Positions 1 through 13,373 of a stretch of DNA of 64,000 nucleotides are shown piece after piece. Origin of the DNA: Pelagomonas calceolata. Lineage: Eukaryota. The notes below the pieces were generated by a model that saw only the letters and a program-made list of their open reading frames with translations, had not been told where the DNA came from and searched no databases. Each line of letters begins with the position of its first letter. The first letter of the stretch is position 1. The translations under genes were made by a program, and so were the position numbers. Location of the stretch: the NCBI GenBank assembly GCA_918797485.1, contig CAKKNE010000001.1, positions 1,364,001 through 1,428,000 on the forward strand, given 5' to 3'.

Positions 1-2111
1 CGGCAATTTCATCTTCATCGCGTCCAGCATCGTCTTTCTGCCGACCCATAAGATCCTTGCGAGGGCGTAGCGGCCGAAGACGCACCGGAAGATGCTGATA
101 CCCTTCTCGAAGCAGACCTTCCCGTAGATGAGAGCCATCTGCATCGCGAACATGAGGATCTTGTAGATGTAAAATCTAATGCCATTGCTACTCTTCGACC
201 GGTTCTTCTCGTCCAGCTTCTCCAAATCGTCAATCATAGAGCCCCCGCCGACCGTGCACGTCCCCTTGATGACCGCAAATAAATTGAAGCGTAGTAACAG
301 GGCGCCGAGGCAGCTCGAAGGCGTCTTCCCCGGAGGTAGATCGTTCAGGGCCTCCCGAGCCTCTGGAGTCTCGGGCTCCGCCTCGGCTTTGCGCACCGCC
401 GCCGTGAGGGGGTCGTCGTCGTCATCATCATCATCGTCGCCGGCGCGCCGCAGTGGAGGCATGGGCGCGTCCGAGCCGCCGAAGGCCGCCGATTCAGCCG
501 CACCGCGCGTCAGACCGGCACCATCTAAAGAAGAGAGGGGCGCGTCGCGCTGAGAAGACGCCGAGGCGTCCGAAGCAGCAAGCGCGCGGAGCGCGCGCGA
601 CGGCAGCGAGCGCAACGTGTCGTCAGAGGCGCCCGCCGTCGGATCATCTAAAGCGTCGAGCGCGCGGGCACCATCGAGTAGATCGGCGCGGGGCTTCTCG
701 GGCGGCACGTCGCCGCCCGCAGCACCGCCAAACGCCGAAGCCGCGACGACGCGCCGCGCCGCGAGCGGCGCGGCGCGCATCGTCGCGTCCTCAACTAAAG
801 CGGCGGCCGGCGCCGCGCCGCCGCCGACGGGCAGCGCGCCGCGCGCGTCGCCGCAGATCGCCGCTGCCGACGCGGCGACGGCGTTCACGTCGCCGAGCGG
901 CGCGCGCCGCGGGGACGGCGCCTTCGCCTCGGCGGCGAGCTGCGCCGCGCGCTCCTTGCGCAGCTCGGCCTCGAGCTTCTCCTTGGCCTGCGCGACCAAA
1001 CAGTCGGCGTGAACGCGTCGCGTCGATGGCGTGAAGGTCGACGCGACACTACCGTTCCAGGCTGAAGGTCTCGGACTCGGGAAGCACGCCATCATCACGT
1101 GCTGGCGCGTCGTCTCCGCGGCGACCGTCAGACACCGACTCAGCGTGTCCATGAGGCCCCGTAGCTTCATCTCCCGCGACATGCCGTCCGTCCAGGCGAT
1201 CTCGATGAACTCCGTCCCGAACAGGGCCCACTCCTCCTTCGACATCTTCTCCAACAAGACCTCGAAGATGGCCTCGCACCTAGCGTCGCCCCAGCCCCAG
1301 TAATCGCCCCTCACGCCGCTGGGGTTGCCAAAGGGCACCTGGCCGTCGTGCTCGTTCTTGTAGTCATCTGGATGATAGAAGTCCGTCGGCGTGCCTGCGG
1401 GGACGTCGACCAGTGGACGAGGGCCACGCAGTCGAGCACGTCGTGTCGATGGCGTAGAGGTACTTCGGCGGTCGCATCGAGTCGAAGGCGCTTCGCGGAC
1501 ACTGTGCGAGTACTGTCGCGCTGCGAGGACCGCACTTCGTCGCGCGCCTTGGCGTCCGCGACCATAGCATCTTGCCGCTCCCGGCGGAGCTGGTCCCAGA
1601 ACGCCCGGCCTCCGCCGCCGGTGCGCTCGAGGAAGTCGTCCCTGCCCATATTCAATTCGAACGACGCCGGGTCCACGAGCGCCTCGCGCCACTTGGCCTC
1701 CCGCGCCGCGTCGTCGTCGTCCGGGAACTCGAGGTCGAGCTCGCCGTCCTCCCGTAACTTGGCGCGCTTCGCTTCCTTGGCGTCGGTCTCGTCCGGCTGT
1801 GCGGCGCGCGCGAGCCGGTCCCGGAGGTACATTTGCACGGCCGTGCGGTTCGTGCCGCGGCCGCCGTCGCCCTTACAAATGACGGCCAGGTCTTCTTGTG
1901 AGAGGCCCGTGAGCGGCACGTCGTCGACGTTCGACGCGTCCATGCGCGTGAAGAAGTCCGCGTGACCGCGGGGCAGCAGCTCCGTCGGCCCGCCGAACTC
2001 CGCCTCAATCGCCTCGCGCTGCTGCTCGATGCTTCGTTCGACTTTTGTTCTACTCGCCGCAAGCAGCAGGCCCAACGGCCGTTGATTGCCGTTGCGCTTC
2101 TTGGGCGGCAT
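1..2111 (-). CDS. Hypothetical protein running off the left window edge; probably two introns (~1396-1535 with uncertain donor; 988-1089)
   Basis: A continuous minus-strand frame from ~1395 to 1 (TPTDFYHPDDYKN...AKEKLEAELRKE...IRFYIYKILMFAMQM) is preceded by MPPKKRNG... at 2111. The two interruptions carry the introner core CGCCATCGAC and end in CGCAG. Confidence 0.55.
988..1089 (-). mobile_element. Candidate in-frame (102 nt) GC-AG introner-derived intron
   Basis: GCGTGC...ACGCCATCGACGCG...CGCAG; removal gives QHVMM|AKEKLEAEL. Confidence 0.45.
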
Positions 2112-3218
2112 GCTGCCGGGGTCGACGAACGCGTGCGTGCGTGGCCGCTGAAGGTGTTTTCGTGGGCCGTGGCGGCCTCGAGGCGCCTCGGACTCAATTC
2201 GGCGTAAAGTAACGCAGCGTCGGCACGCAGCGGCACCAGTGATCCGAGCTTGCAACGCGTGGCAGCGTGTGGACGCTCGTCGTCGACCGCTGCGCGAGTT
2301 TGAGCACTGGTGCTCTGGGACCTGTTTTGCAGCTATCAGCCAGCAAAGGCCCTTATAGATCGTTGCGACTTGAGAGCGGCGATACCGGGGACGCGTGCAA
2401 CCGTTACGCTGCTTCACCGGCAGCGATAAAGGCAGATATGAGCTCGCACGCAGCGTTCCACCAAAGATGGTTCAGCTGAGCTAGTGGTGTCACACACTAG
2501 GACTTTTTAGGGGGTTGGGGACGACCACGAGCCAGGCTCGCGAGCGGTCGTTTTACAGGGGCAACATCACAAAACAAACACGACCGCGGCCTGACCATCA
2601 TGGTCAAGCCGCGGAGGTGATGTTATCGACCCGCGGGCGCAGCCCGCGCGTCGACGAGTTGCCTCCATCGTCCGCGCCCGAAACAAGCCCACGACATCGT
2701 GGCTCGTTCGTGGCCTCGTTGCCTATCGTGGCCCCAGCCCGCGGCTCCGAGAACGCCGCCGAGGCTGCTGGAGCCCATGGGCCAGCAGCACATCCAGCAC
2801 GTCGCCGAGGCGAGTAGCGCCCTCACACGCGGCGCCATGGCGTCGAGGCGCCGTTGCGGCATTGTGCACGCCACGCGCGGGCTGCCCCGCCGGCAAAGCA
2901 AGGTTAAAGCCGCAAATACGCAGAAAAAGACCCGTTTTGCAATTGCAATTATTCGAAGTGTGCCCAAGGCGCCTTCGCACAGGCCCAGAGGACTCCCGGG
3001 CCTTGCCTTCGAAGGATAAGTCCCCGCCTCTCTTTAGCATCTTTAGGCAGCATTTGCCGCGAGATGGAAGGCGCTGCCTGATTCAGATTGCGCGCTTTGG
3101 ACGCCCGGGCAGCGAGCTGCCCGGCTTGCGGTCTGCAACGTCTCGTGTGTGACACACGGGCGGCAGACCGGCAGCCTTTTGGGGCAGCACCAAGCGCCAC
3201 AGGTAGGAAGCCAAAGCC

Positions 3219-6200
3219 ATGGAGAAGGCGGCCGCGAGCGCGCCGCCGGCCGAGGACGACAAATTGATCGAGATCCAGCACGCCGAGCCCGTCGAGGCGA
3301 CCTGGAGCCTGCGGCGGCCGCGCACGCGCCGCAATCTTTTTGCCGCTGTCGGCGCCGCGGCGATCGCGGGCCTCATCGTCGGCGTGGTGCTCGGGACGAT
3401 GGGCGCGAGGGCGGGCGGCGGCGACGACGACGGCCGCGACGACGGCGGCACGCTCGCGCCCACGTCCTGGCCCGATCGTGACCCTGGAAATAAGGTGACC
3501 TACGAGCCCGAGCCCTGCCGCGTGGTCGGCCGGATTTTTGATCTGTGCTGCGCCGGCGAGCCCGTGCACGAGGGCATCCCGTTCCAGTCGGGCGGCTCGA
3601 CGCTCTACAACGGCACCGTGTGCCGGCGCACGCTGTCGCCGACGCTCCAACCGACCGACGCCCCCACGACGCCGAGGCCTACTCTCGAGGAGACGTGGGC
3701 GCCCTCGATATCACCGGTGCCCACCTCGGTGCCTCTACCAGAACCCACGGCGAGGCCCACGCCGCAGCCGACGCCGCGGCCGTCGGCGACGCCGACGCCC
3801 CAGCCGACGCCGCAGCCCTCGACGCCCGCGCCGTCGGTCGAGCCCGGCCACCCGACGGCCGCGCCCGTCCCGAAACCGACCGCCGTGCCGGCGCCCGCGC
3901 CCACGCCGCGGCCGTCGACGCCCGAGCCCACGCCGGCGCCCACGCCCGGGCCCTCGCCGGACCCGTCACCGAAGCCGACGCCGAGGCCCACGCCGAGCCC
4001 GACGCCCGAGGCCCCGGACTACGTCACGATCCCCGACGGCGTCATCCTCGGCGGCGTCGAGGTGGCGGTCTCCGACCCCGGGGAGCTCAAGCTCATCATG
4101 ACCAAGGCCGCCGACGGCTTCGACAAGCCCTGCGCGCGGTCCTACGACGGACGGGCCTGGGAGGCGACGGCCGCGGGGCCCTGCGAGGTCACGTGCTGCC
4201 TCTCGGGCGTCAGCACGATGGCCGCGTGCCAGAACGCGCAGGTCGTCGATAACGCGGCGAAGTGCTGGGTGACGAGTGGGATGACGGGCCAGGACGGCGT
4301 CCACTACTACGACTCCATCGCGGTCGCGGCCGTGTCGAACAAGAAGAAGGCCGCGCGGTTCCTGACGCAGGCGACGTTCGGGCCGCGATACGACGAGATC
4401 GCGGCGCTGGAAGGCAACGACTTCGCGGGGTGGATCGCGGCGCAGATGGCCCTCTCTCCATCATTGCATCGGGCCCACTATAGAAGAAGATCGCACCCGC
4501 GGCTGACGTACGCCGACGCGCTCGTCGAGAGCTCGACCTGGGGCCTGACGAGCGGCGGCGCCGCGGGCCCCTGCGACGCTGGGAGCAGGTGGCGCAAGTT
4601 CGCCTTCACGACGGAAGACATCGGCAAGACCTTGGACTATGCTGGAAACACTTTGACCGTCGACGGCGTCGCGCGCACAACCAACGCCACGAACGTCATC
4701 CATCATTCCGTACTTCCCATCAAAATTTGTACGGTGGCCGAGACCTTGGGAGGCGAGGTCACGTTAGGCAACGCCTGCGAGTCGCCGATCTACAAAGCGA
4801 GTAACGGCAAGAACGAGGGCCCGTCCATCACGACGAACTACGGGGAAAGCACGCACTCGATGCTCAACCCCCCGATCGATCACGCTCCTGACGTGATCGG
4901 GAGCGTCACTAGTTTGACATCAATAGAGAACGTCGCGGATGCGGGCATCCTCGGTGCGATGGAGGACTGCTCGTCGCCGTCGTATGACGACTTCGGCCTG
5001 ACCCAGATCTACCTCGATGTGAATGGAGAGTACTACGCCTACGACCGTCGATTAGTTTCCCAGGAGAACTCGCTCGAACAACCCGCGACGACGGGCACTT
5101 CTAGTACAAAATGCCCCGCCGTGCCGCGCACGTTTTTAAATGAAGATTCGTGCGTGCGCGCGCCCGGCTGCGGCATCGCGACTTATTCTTCGAAGGAGGT
5201 CAAGCTGGGCGCGGATTTAAGGGAGGCCATGTATCCGACGAACTACGTTTATCTTGTTGAGAACCTGCCCGTCGCCGAGGACCCGTGCGCCGTCAACGAG
5301 AAGTCGCGCTGGGTCCAGGATTCTTGTGATGGTGACACTCCCGACGCCGACGCGACGCTCGAGGCGGCGATCAACACCGACAAACTCGTGCAGGACGTTA
5401 AACTTCGCACGGATTCTGAGTGCGTAGATGGGGAGGGGAGTGATGCTATAGCTAATGAGTGCTCGTATTATACCGATTACCCAAACGAGTGTGGTTACTG
5501 GGACTCCTCGGACTGGACGGCGAGCCTACAGTGTTGCGCGTGCGGTGGAGGTAATACCTGCGCCGCGGTGACGGCGGGCAAATACAAGATCGGCTCGGAC
5601 TGCTTCCGCCACGGCCACCCGAACGAGCACAACATCTACGAGTTCTCCCAGTGGGTCTGGGACGACATGGGGATGGCGGCGGCCGTCGACTGGGAAGAGC
5701 ACTACACAATGGCCGACGGGAGCGCCAACGCATTGACCCTCTCAACAGGAACCACGGCGACGTTCACGTGGACAGGGGGGCACAACGTCTACGAGTTTGA
5801 TGACGAGGCCGCCTACGACTCGTGCGACTTCGACAGCGCCACGGAGCTCGCGGATACGGAGGCGAAGACCCTGGACGTGACTGAAGCGTCGGCGACGACA
5901 AAATATTATGGGTGTCAGGTGGGCAGCCACTGCGACGTCGGCCAGAAGGTCGCGATCACCTGGGTAGATGAGTCCTACATCTCGCAGCACGCGACCGGCG
6001 ACTGGGTCTTCGACTACGGCACGACCGGGAACGACCAGATGTACTGGGAGGCGAACCGCAATAAGTTGACGTACGTGGGCACTTCCGATGAAATCGTGCC
6101 GTTCAACTCCCTGCCGCTCGGGCTACTGAGCGAGGCGCTGGCGGACGCGCTCGACGTGGGACAATGTGAGGGCTGCGATAGCGACGAAGCCTGCGAGGAC

Positions 6201-9200
6201 GGGGACTACTGCCTTGATGATGACGACTGCGACGGCGGGTCGTGCGACGTGACCTCTGCAAAGGTCTGCGTCTGCGTCGGCGGGGACGACGCCGGGGACA
6301 GCTGCGACGACGACGACGACTGCGGCGACGACGGGTCGTGCGACTGCGACAACGTGTATGTCGCCTCGTCGGCGGCCGACGGCTTCGAGTCGTGCGGCAG
6401 CCCCGGCGAGGTCGCGAGTGACCCGTCGCTGGGCCACTACTACCCTAAAAGGGTACAAGAATACGACAAGGAGGACTCTGGTGATGGGAGAAACTCGCTG
6501 GATGCTCCCACACATATGGAACATCAAGTAGGGAAGAATCGGGGCCGGACGAACGTCTGGTACACGTTGATGTTGAATGCCCCGGACCAACTACGGCAGC
6601 GCGTCGCCTGGGCCCTCGCGACGGTTTTTATTGTCAGCGACCAGGGCATCACGAATTACATGTATACGGAACCGTGGACGGCCTTTTACGACATTTTTGT
6701 CAGGCACGCGTTCGGCAATTTGAGAGATGTGCTCCGGGAGATCTCCTACCACGCGCACATGGCGCAGTATTTAACCTTTGCGGACGGTGCGGGAAAGACC
6801 AACTCCAAGTTCGACGGCGAGAAGTACCCCGACGAGAACTACGCCCGGGAGATCATGCAGTTGTTTTCGATTGGACTATACGAATTGGACGGCGACGGCA
6901 CGCCGCTGCAAACGGAAACATACACGAACGAGGACATCGTGTCCTTCGCGCGGGCCTGGACGGGGTTTAAAGTGCGGCCGAACCGCGAGAATCTGGAGCG
7001 GGGCAAGTACTCGGGGTATAATTACGTGGACCCGATGGTCATCGATGCTGATGATAGGGACGTCTTCCCGAAGGCGAAGCTGGGGAAAGCGCTCTCTTTG
7101 TCAGAAAGGCTTAGGCGAGGGTACCTCGCCGATAGGGAGGTGCTGTGTCGGGACGTGCCCGCGCAGGCCTTTCTGCTGAAGAATCAGGGCAAGTACGTCT
7201 TTCAGGGCAAGTCCAAATCTTTTAATGAGAAGGATCGGCCTACTTGGCCGGACGCGGCGCAGTTCGCGGCGACGGGTGCCTTGTATGATGTGTTGTGCGC
7301 CGTCGATGGTAATGGATTGTGCACGTTCCCGTCGACGGTCACGCTCGACGAAGATATCAGTGTAGAAAATCTGGAAGTGCACACTTTGAGAATTGTCGAG
7401 GTCGCGGACACCCAACAAACATTTTATTACAAGTGGGTGCCGAACGCCTGTGCTGATTTGGCGGTTGCGGCCGACCCGACGATTCTACGAGCCACGAAGT
7501 CCGGCAAGAGGGACAAGGACTCGCAGTGCGGCGATCCATTAACTGCGAACGGCATCATCGCGTGCTGCGACGACGAGAGCGACGACGGCAAGCCCGTGAC
7601 GCGCGTCTGGGCCTACCCCGGCGAGCGCACGACGAAAATCAACGCGCAGCAGCGGTGCGAAAGTTTAGGGATGACCTTGTGTGCTGCGTGGACGACGCGG
7701 CAGGACACGGACTTTTATCCGGGGTCGGTCTGTTTCGATGACTTGACGACGCCGTGCTCTGACGACGACGATTGCGCCGGAGCCTGTTCGGGCGCCGACT
7801 TTAGCGAGGAACTGGCTTGGAGGTTGGGCGACTGCGCTTTTCAAGTGCAAATTGATTCCGAAGGTCTCATTAATGTCATTCATAGCGTGGAGAACGATTA
7901 TGATGCGGACGAAAATCCGGGGACGCTGCAGCCGGCCGACGAGTGGGAATTACGATTAGACTCGGGCAATACGTACCGAGGCTTCTTCGCCCCCTATATA
8001 CCGGTCTGCTCCGACGACCTGACGACGCCGTGCTCCTCTAACAACGATTGCACGCCCGCCACGTGCGTGGACGACCACTATCCTCAAGTTTCTGATGGAT
8101 CTTGTGCTGCTGAAACAGCTTGTGTTGAGCATGGCCAGACCTGCGTCTGCAACGTCACGTCCGTGGAGGAGACGGCGGTCTTCTCGTCAAAACCCACGCG
8201 CCAGGACGTCCTGGACCAATGCTACCACAAGGCGGCGGTCACACCGAGCGACGCCGACCCGGGCGACGGCGTGTTAGTATATGAAGATGACCCGTACGAC
8301 ACGGACACGATTTTTGGCGTCACCGACGAAACGGGCCATGTCATCCACCTGCGCAACGCGAAGCACGCGATCAAACTTGGAAGTTACGAGATGCGCAATC
8401 CCCCCTCGCACCTCAAGTTAAATGAGCCGACGGCGCGGGACGCGGCCTACGAGACGGAAGCGCTCATCGACCACCTGTTCACGCACGCCAACGCCGCGGC
8501 GTTCTTCTGTCGACGGCTCCTGCAGCGCCTGACGACGTCCAATCCGTCACCTACTTATCTAGGAGCGGTGACAACGGCGTTCAAGGAAGGCAAATATGAC
8601 GGATGCGTCCAGGGGAATGACGGGTGCTCGCACAAGTACGGCGACATTGGGGCTGCTACTGCGACGGCGTTGTTACATCCGGAAGCGAGATCTACGACCC
8701 TAGACGCGGACTGGACGCACGGGCAACTGAGGGAGCCTCTATTAATGATCTGCCACTTCCTGCGAGCTCTAGAGTATCAACCGCGGGACGGCCGACAGTT
8801 AGAATTACATGATTTAGCCCCGAAGATCGGCGAGGAGCCCCACTCGGCGCCTAGTGTTTTCGGCTACTTTCAACCGGAACACCAGCCGGCCGGGGCGGTT
8901 AGGAGTGCGGGTTTGGTGTCGCCGGAAGCGGAGTTGTTAACAGCTCCATTCATTCTGGGCCTGGCCAATGGTTTGGCGGAACTTGTGGATTACGGCCTCG
9001 GGAACTGCAATTTTGGGTTCGGCGCCGACGAGCTCAAGAGCTATGGATTAAGTTTGAGTGCGCTGGGCCGGACGTGCAACAACGATAAGTATAAGGACAC
9101 GCCCAGCGACGGGTGGCTGGCCTACACGCCTACCGCAACGACTGCTTCAGGTATTGTGGAAGACCTCGATCTACTACTAACGAGCGGCCGGCTGTCTTCC

Positions 9201-12200
9201 CACTCAAAGGCGATCATCGAAGGCGCCTACGACGGCACCGACGACGGGCTGAAGAACGTCCTGAAGCTCTTCACGAACGCCCCGGAGTTTCACGCCACAA
9301 ACGCCCACTGTCGCGAGGGCTGTGAACTGTTAAGACCCATTAAAAATCCGGGGGAATGCGCCGGTGATGGTTGTCGACAATATCGGGCGGTCATCGTCGT
9401 GTTTTTACAAGGTGGCGCCGATAGTTGGAACTTCTTGGTGCCCTATGAGGACGAGTGCAGCGGTGGGGGCGGCTACAAACACTACAGTAATTACCGAGGC
9501 ATCGCGGCCCTGAACAAGTCCCTCGACGAGTTACTGCCGATCGACGTCGAAGGCCAAGCTTGTGCGCGTTATGGATTGCACCACAAGATGCCCTTCCTCA
9601 AGCAGATGTACGAAGAAAAACAATTGTCCTTTTTCGCGAATGTCGGCAATCTCGTGGAACCGACGACGCAGCAGACGTTCCTGGACAAGGAGGTGGAGTT
9701 GCCTACTTCTATATTTGCACACAATTATGCCCAAAGAGCTGCCCAGTCCCAGGACCCGAACAACGACGGGGCTTCTGGTATTTTAGGAAGGGCCTTTACT
9801 TCCCTACAAGATAGGTATCGGTGCTGCCAATTCTGTGACGACAATACGAAGGATGACGTCTGGGGCGACACATGTGTTGAAGGTGGATCTTGCACCACCG
9901 GCAGTTGTAAGCCGGTGCCCTTCGCCGCGCGGGCTTATTCAGCATCCGGGACACAAAAAATCTTCGAGGATTCACCATTACCGGAGTATGTGGTGGACGC
10001 GACCGACGGCTTCGTGCTATATAATGATAGAGATACGCTCGGCGACGCCGTGAAAGATTTAACAAAGGTCGAGTCCGAAAGTATCTACGCCGAGACCTAC
10101 GCGGAACTCTTTAACCTCGCGCTGCACAACAACGAGGCGCTCTTCGAGACGTTCGGGGACACGTTATTAACGACGGCGACGGCGACGAACGGCGCCGGCG
10201 CGTTCAACCCCGACAGGGACGGCGACGGCGAGCCCGATGGTTTGGAGTGCGGCGGCTGCGGCGGGCTGTACGGGCAGTTCACGACGGTAGCGCGCCTCTT
10301 GAAGATGGGCCGCGAAGTTCTGGGCTCGGAGCGGGACGCCTTCTACACGCAGCGCGGCGCGTGGGACACGCATAACACGCTCGACGAGGACGTCTCTGGT
10401 AAAATCCAGGACGTCGACCAGAGCTTGGAGGCGTTGGTGGCCGAGTTGAAAGCTCAAGATGCTTGGAAGGACACGACAATTGTCGCGTTGTCGGACTTTG
10501 GGAGAACTTTGACTTCCAACGGCAAGGGCACGGACCACGCCTGGGGCGGCAACATGTTCGTGCTTGGGGGCGACGTCGATGGCGGTAAAGTGCATGGGAC
10601 CTACCCGACGGACTTCGCGACCTTAGACGTGGGTCGAGGTCGACTAGTGCCGACGATGCCGTGGGAGTCGATCTGGCACTCGGTGATTGACTGGCTGGGC
10701 GTGGATGTCAATGATGCGGCTGAATTATCACACGTCCTCCCGAACGCGAAGAATTTTATTGAAGAGGGCGGCGCCTGGGATTTGTTGAAAGCCGAGGACG
10801 TGTTTAAGCGGGAGAGCTTCGCGCCCACACTTACTCCAGTACCGACTTTAACACCAATGCCGACGAACAACTCGCTCATGCCCGAGGACTGCGCGGACCC
10901 GTCCATCGCTGTTTATGATGAGCTCGAGGCGGGTTTGAGCCACTGCACGCTGCACTGTTCGGGCGTTTGTGACCTACGGCTCACGCCTTCTGACGGAAAT
11001 TTCAAGATGGAAAAGGATCTGGAGATTATGACCAGCGGACGCATCTACGGAGGGTCACAACGGCCGACGATCGCGCCCTCGTCGGACTTTGATGAGGAGA
11101 GCTACGGCGCCTTCAAGATTAATGGCTGGGAGAATCCTGGCATGACGATGACCTTCGAGCGCCTCCGCTTCGCCGGCTGGCACCACGACCACGGTACTAA
11201 TGATATCCGACGGATCATCTACGTCCAGAGCGGCGCCTCCATGGATATTATTGATTGCATTTTTGAGGATAATACGGTACCCATGTCCGCGGTCTACCAC
11301 GTGGGCGGCGGGCCCTTGCTCGTAGCTTCCTCGATCTTCCGCAATAATGTCGCGGAAGTGGCCTTGGAACCCGACGGGGGTACCATGAAAAATTCCGGCA
11401 AGGGGCCCGCGATGAGGGTCACCGACGGGACCCTTGAAGTGCGCGATTCGATCTTTGATAGTAATGAACAGTACAAGCAGGGTACCATCTATACCTGGGA
11501 TACGCTGAACATTTCGCTGACGAATTGTTCGTTCACGGACAACGAGGCCAAGGACGGCCGCGGCGGCGCGGTGGCGTTTGAGGTGAGCGACGAGCCCAAG
11601 GACATGGACCGCAGCAGCTTGCAGGTGCGGGACTGCACGTTTAGAGGCAACGAGGCGAAGGGCGGGGCGGGGGGCGCGTTGTATGCGTTGCGCATCGGGA
11701 ACGTGAACATCTCCAACTGCCTCTTCGAGGAAAACGAGGCGTACAACAACCACGGGGGCGGCGCCTACGTGCAACGGCCCACGGAAGACGACGCCGAAAA
11801 CCTCGCGGCGGCGTCGCGGCTGGACGTGCGTGATACCATCTTCCGCGCGAACGAGGCCACGGAGTCCGGCGGCGGCCTCTACGCGCTACAGGTGTCCAAC
11901 GTCGCCATCATCAATTGTTTGTTCGAGTCGAACAAGGCCAAGGAGGAGAAGGGTGGTGGCTTCTACGTGCTGCCCTACCATCAGCACACGAATAGCGACG
12001 TGCGCGTCCTCCGTACATCGATAAGAAACAACGAGGCGGAGGGGAACGGCGGCGGCGCGTTCGTGGGCTCCGCGGCGACGACCACATTTACGGACTGCCT
12101 CTTCGACGAAAACGCGGCGGCGGACGGCCTCGGGGGCGGCGCCTGCGTGACGCATTCCGTGAACGACGCCGACTCCCGGCTGGACGTGCTCGACTCCACG

Positions 12201-13373
12201 TTCCGCGCGAACACGGCCGCCAACCTTGACGGCGGTGGCCTCTACGTGCTGCAGATTTCCACGGTCAAAGTCGATGATTGCGTTTTCGAGGACAACGCGG
12301 CCGGCGCCAAGGGCGGCGGCCTGTACACGCAGCCCCACGCGAATCAGGCTTCCAGTGACGTGCGCATCTTGAATACGGTACTGCGACGCAACGCGGCCTC
12401 GTCGAACGGCGGCGGCGCGTACGCGGGCTCCGCCGTCACAACCACGTTTTCGGACGTGGACTTCCTCAATAATAGCGCGGTCGGCAACGGCGGCGCTGTT
12501 AACATAGGCGAGCACACGGCCGGCACGGCGAACTTCGAGAGAGTGCTAGTGAAGAGGAACACCGCCGGCGGGGACGGCGCAGGGATTCACTTCTACCGCA
12601 CCAGCGGCAGCGTCCGGGACTCGACGTTTCGGGACAACGAGGCGGACGACACCGGCGGTGCCCTCAGCCAGGACGCGCAGGACGGCGCCGAGAAGGATTT
12701 TTTGATCGAGACCTCGACGTTCACGTCGAACGTGGCCGTCGCGGGCGGGGCCGTGGCCTTCAAGCAAGACATGGCGACAATCGCGGGGTGCACGTTCGAA
12801 GGAAACCGCGCCAAGGACGAGCCCGTCCAGAGCTACGGTGGGCGCGGCGGCGCGCTTTACAAAGGGAACGGCGCGCGCCTGGACCTGACCGACTCGACCT
12901 TTCTGAACAACCACGCGGTGCGCACGGATCCCAGCAACGATGACACGGACGGGGCCGGCCGGGGCGGCGCGATCTTCGCCACGGGCTCGACCGGCAGCCC
13001 GACGCAAGGGGCCTACGTCGGCGGCTGCAGCTTCCAAGAGAATATAGCGGACGGGGGCGGCGCCGCGATCGCGTCGTGGCTCGAGTCGTGGTTCTTCAAC
13101 GCGTCGTCGTTCGTCGACAACGTCGACAACAGCAACGACGAGGGTCTGATGCGCCTCCAGAAGGGCCACATAATCGTCAGGGACTGTGATTTTACCACGG
13201 CGCAGCGCATCGTGGACCATACGACCACGTTGAGCACGCTCGACGTCTACTGCTCGCCGACGCTGACGGACGCCAACGTCTGGGTCTGCGGCGGGTGCGA
13301 AGACAATTACCACGACGAGTGCGGGCCCGTGGTCGACACGAATGCCTTCGGCTTCGACGTGACCTGGCCCTAG
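3219..13373 (+). CDS. 3384-aa type II membrane protein: TM anchor, Pro/Thr stalk, DUF1800 (with insertions), phytocyanin-like module, Cys-rich modules, DUF1501, C-terminal GGA/FxxN beta-helix repeats
   Basis: Single ORF. DUF1800 motifs: [41 protein letters not shown]1501 motifs: [36 protein letters not shown]. Phytocyanin motif: HNVY...[14 protein letters not shown]. Many F.xN.A...GG(A/G) repeats. Confidence 0.9.
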   Translation: MEKAAASAPPAEDDKLIEIQHAEPVEATWSLRRPRTRRNLFAAVGAAAIAGLIVGVVLGTMGARAGGGDDDGRDDGGTLAPTSWPDRDPGNKVTYEPEPCRVVGRIFDLCCAGEPVHEGIPFQSGGSTLYNGTVCRRTLSPTLQPTDAPTTPRPTLEETWAPSISPVPTSVPLPEPTARPTPQPTPRPSATPTPQPTPQPSTPAPSVEPGHPTAAPVPKPTAVPAPAPTPRPSTPEPTPAPTPGPSPDPSPKPTPRPTPSPTPEAPDYVTIPDGVILGGVEVAVSDPGELKLIMTKAADGFDKPCARSYDGRAWEATAAGPCEVTCCLSGVSTMAACQNAQVVDNAAKCWVTSGMTGQDGVHYYDSIAVAAVSNKKKAARFLTQATFGPRYDEIAALEGNDFAGWIAAQMALSPSLHRAHYRRRSHPRLTYADALVESSTWGLTSGGAAGPCDAGSRWRKFAFTTEDIGKTLDYAGNTLTVDGVARTTNATNVIHHSVLPIKICTVAETLGGEVTLGNACESPIYKASNGKNEGPSITTNYGESTHSMLNPPIDHAPDVIGSVTSLTSIENVADAGILGAMEDCSSPSYDDFGLTQIYLDVNGEYYAYDRRLVSQENSLEQPATTGTSSTKCPAVPRTFLNEDSCVRAPGCGIATYSSKEVKLGADLREAMYPTNYVYLVENLPVAEDPCAVNEKSRWVQDSCDGDTPDADATLEAAINTDKLVQDVKLRTDSECVDGEGSDAIANECSYYTDYPNECGYWDSSDWTASLQCCACGGGNTCAAVTAGKYKIGSDCFRHGHPNEHNIYEFSQWVWDDMGMAAAVDWEEHYTMADGSANALTLSTGTTATFTWTGGHNVYEFDDEAAYDSCDFDSATELADTEAKTLDVTEASATTKYYGCQVGSHCDVGQKVAITWVDESYISQHATGDWVFDYGTTGNDQMYWEANRNKLTYVGTSDEIVPFNSLPLGLLSEALADALDVGQCEGCDSDEACEDGDYCLDDDDCDGGSCDVTSAKVCVCVGGDDAGDSCDDDDDCGDDGSCDCDNVYVASSAADGFESCGSPGEVASDPSLGHYYPKRVQEYDKEDSGDGRNSLDAPTHMEHQVGKNRGRTNVWYTLMLNAPDQLRQRVAWALATVFIVSDQGITNYMYTEPWTAFYDIFVRHAFGNLRDVLREISYHAHMAQYLTFADGAGKTNSKFDGEKYPDENYAREIMQLFSIGLYELDGDGTPLQTETYTNEDIVSFARAWTGFKVRPNRENLERGKYSGYNYVDPMVIDADDRDVFPKAKLGKALSLSERLRRGYLADREVLCRDVPAQAFLLKNQGKYVFQGKSKSFNEKDRPTWPDAAQFAATGALYDVLCAVDGNGLCTFPSTVTLDEDISVENLEVHTLRIVEVADTQQTFYYKWVPNACADLAVAADPTILRATKSGKRDKDSQCGDPLTANGIIACCDDESDDGKPVTRVWAYPGERTTKINAQQRCESLGMTLCAAWTTRQDTDFYPGSVCFDDLTTPCSDDDDCAGACSGADFSEELAWRLGDCAFQVQIDSEGLINVIHSVENDYDADENPGTLQPADEWELRLDSGNTYRGFFAPYIPVCSDDLTTPCSSNNDCTPATCVDDHYPQVSDGSCAAETACVEHGQTCVCNVTSVEETAVFSSKPTRQDVLDQCYHKAAVTPSDADPGDGVLVYEDDPYDTDTIFGVTDETGHVIHLRNAKHAIKLGSYEMRNPPSHLKLNEPTARDAAYETEALIDHLFTHANAAAFFCRRLLQRLTTSNPSPTYLGAVTTAFKEGKYDGCVQGNDGCSHKYGDIGAATATALLHPEARSTTLDADWTHGQLREPLLMICHFLRALEYQPRDGRQLELHDLAPKIGEEPHSAPSVFGYFQPEHQPAGAVRSAGLVSPEAELLTAPFILGLANGLAELVDYGLGNCNFGFGADELKSYGLSLSALGRTCNNDKYKDTPSDGWLAYTPTATTASGIVEDLDLLLTSGRLSSHSKAIIEGAYDGTDDGLKNVLKLFTNAPEFHATNAHCREGCELLRPIKNPGECAGDGCRQYRAVIVVFLQGGADSWNFLVPYEDECSGGGGYKHYSNYRGIAALNKSLDELLPIDVEGQACARYGLHHKMPFLKQMYEEKQLSFFANVGNLVEPTTQQTFLDKEVELPTSIFAHNYAQRAAQSQDPNNDGASGILGRAFTSLQDRYRCCQFCDDNTKDDVWGDTCVEGGSCTTGSCKPVPFAARAYSASGTQKIFEDSPLPEYVVDATDGFVLYNDRDTLGDAVKDLTKVESESIYAETYAELFNLALHNNEALFETFGDTLLTTATATNGAGAFNPDRDGDGEPDGLECGGCGGLYGQFTTVARLLKMGREVLGSERDAFYTQRGAWDTHNTLDEDVSGKIQDVDQSLEALVAELKAQDAWKDTTIVALSDFGRTLTSNGKGTDHAWGGNMFVLGGDVDGGKVHGTYPTDFATLDVGRGRLVPTMPWESIWHSVIDWLGVDVNDAAELSHVLPNAKNFIEEGGAWDLLKAEDVFKRESFAPTLTPVPTLTPMPTNNSLMPEDCADPSIAVYDELEAGLSHCTLHCSGVCDLRLTPSDGNFKMEKDLEIMTSGRIYGGSQRPTIAPSSDFDEESYGAFKINGWENPGMTMTFERLRFAGWHHDHGTNDIRRIIYVQSGASMDIIDCIFEDNTVPMSAVYHVGGGPLLVASSIFRNNVAEVALEPDGGTMKNSGKGPAMRVTDGTLEVRDSIFDSNEQYKQGTIYTWDTLNISLTNCSFTDNEAKDGRGGAVAFEVSDEPKDMDRSSLQVRDCTFRGNEAKGGAGGALYALRIGNVNISNCLFEENEAYNNHGGGAYVQRPTEDDAENLAAASRLDVRDTIFRANEATESGGGLYALQVSNVAIINCLFESNKAKEEKGGGFYVLPYHQHTNSDVRVLRTSIRNNEAEGNGGGAFVGSAATTTFTDCLFDENAAADGLGGGACVTHSVNDADSRLDVLDSTFRANTAANLDGGGLYVLQISTVKVDDCVFEDNAAGAKGGGLYTQPHANQASSDVRILNTVLRRNAASSNGGGAYAGSAVTTTFSDVDFLNNSAVGNGGAVNIGEHTAGTANFERVLVKRNTAGGDGAGIHFYRTSGSVRDSTFRDNEADDTGGALSQDAQDGAEKDFLIETSTFTSNVAVAGGAVAFKQDMATIAGCTFEGNRAKDEPVQSYGGRGGALYKGNGARLDLTDSTFLNNHAVRTDPSNDDTDGAGRGGAIFATGSTGSPTQGAYVGGCSFQENIADGGGAAIASWLESWFFNASSFVDNVDNSNDEGLMRLQKGHIIVRDCDFTTAQRIVDHTTTLSTLDVYCSPTLTDANVWVCGGCEDNYHDECGPVVDTNAFGFDVTWP

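Noticed and set aside
2500..3200. Short ORFs upstream of the giant gene
   Set aside because: No coding signature or domain; treated as a divergent promoter region.
3650..4020. GC-rich tandem-like repeats
   Set aside because: They encode the Pro/Thr stalk of the giant protein and are not an independent element.
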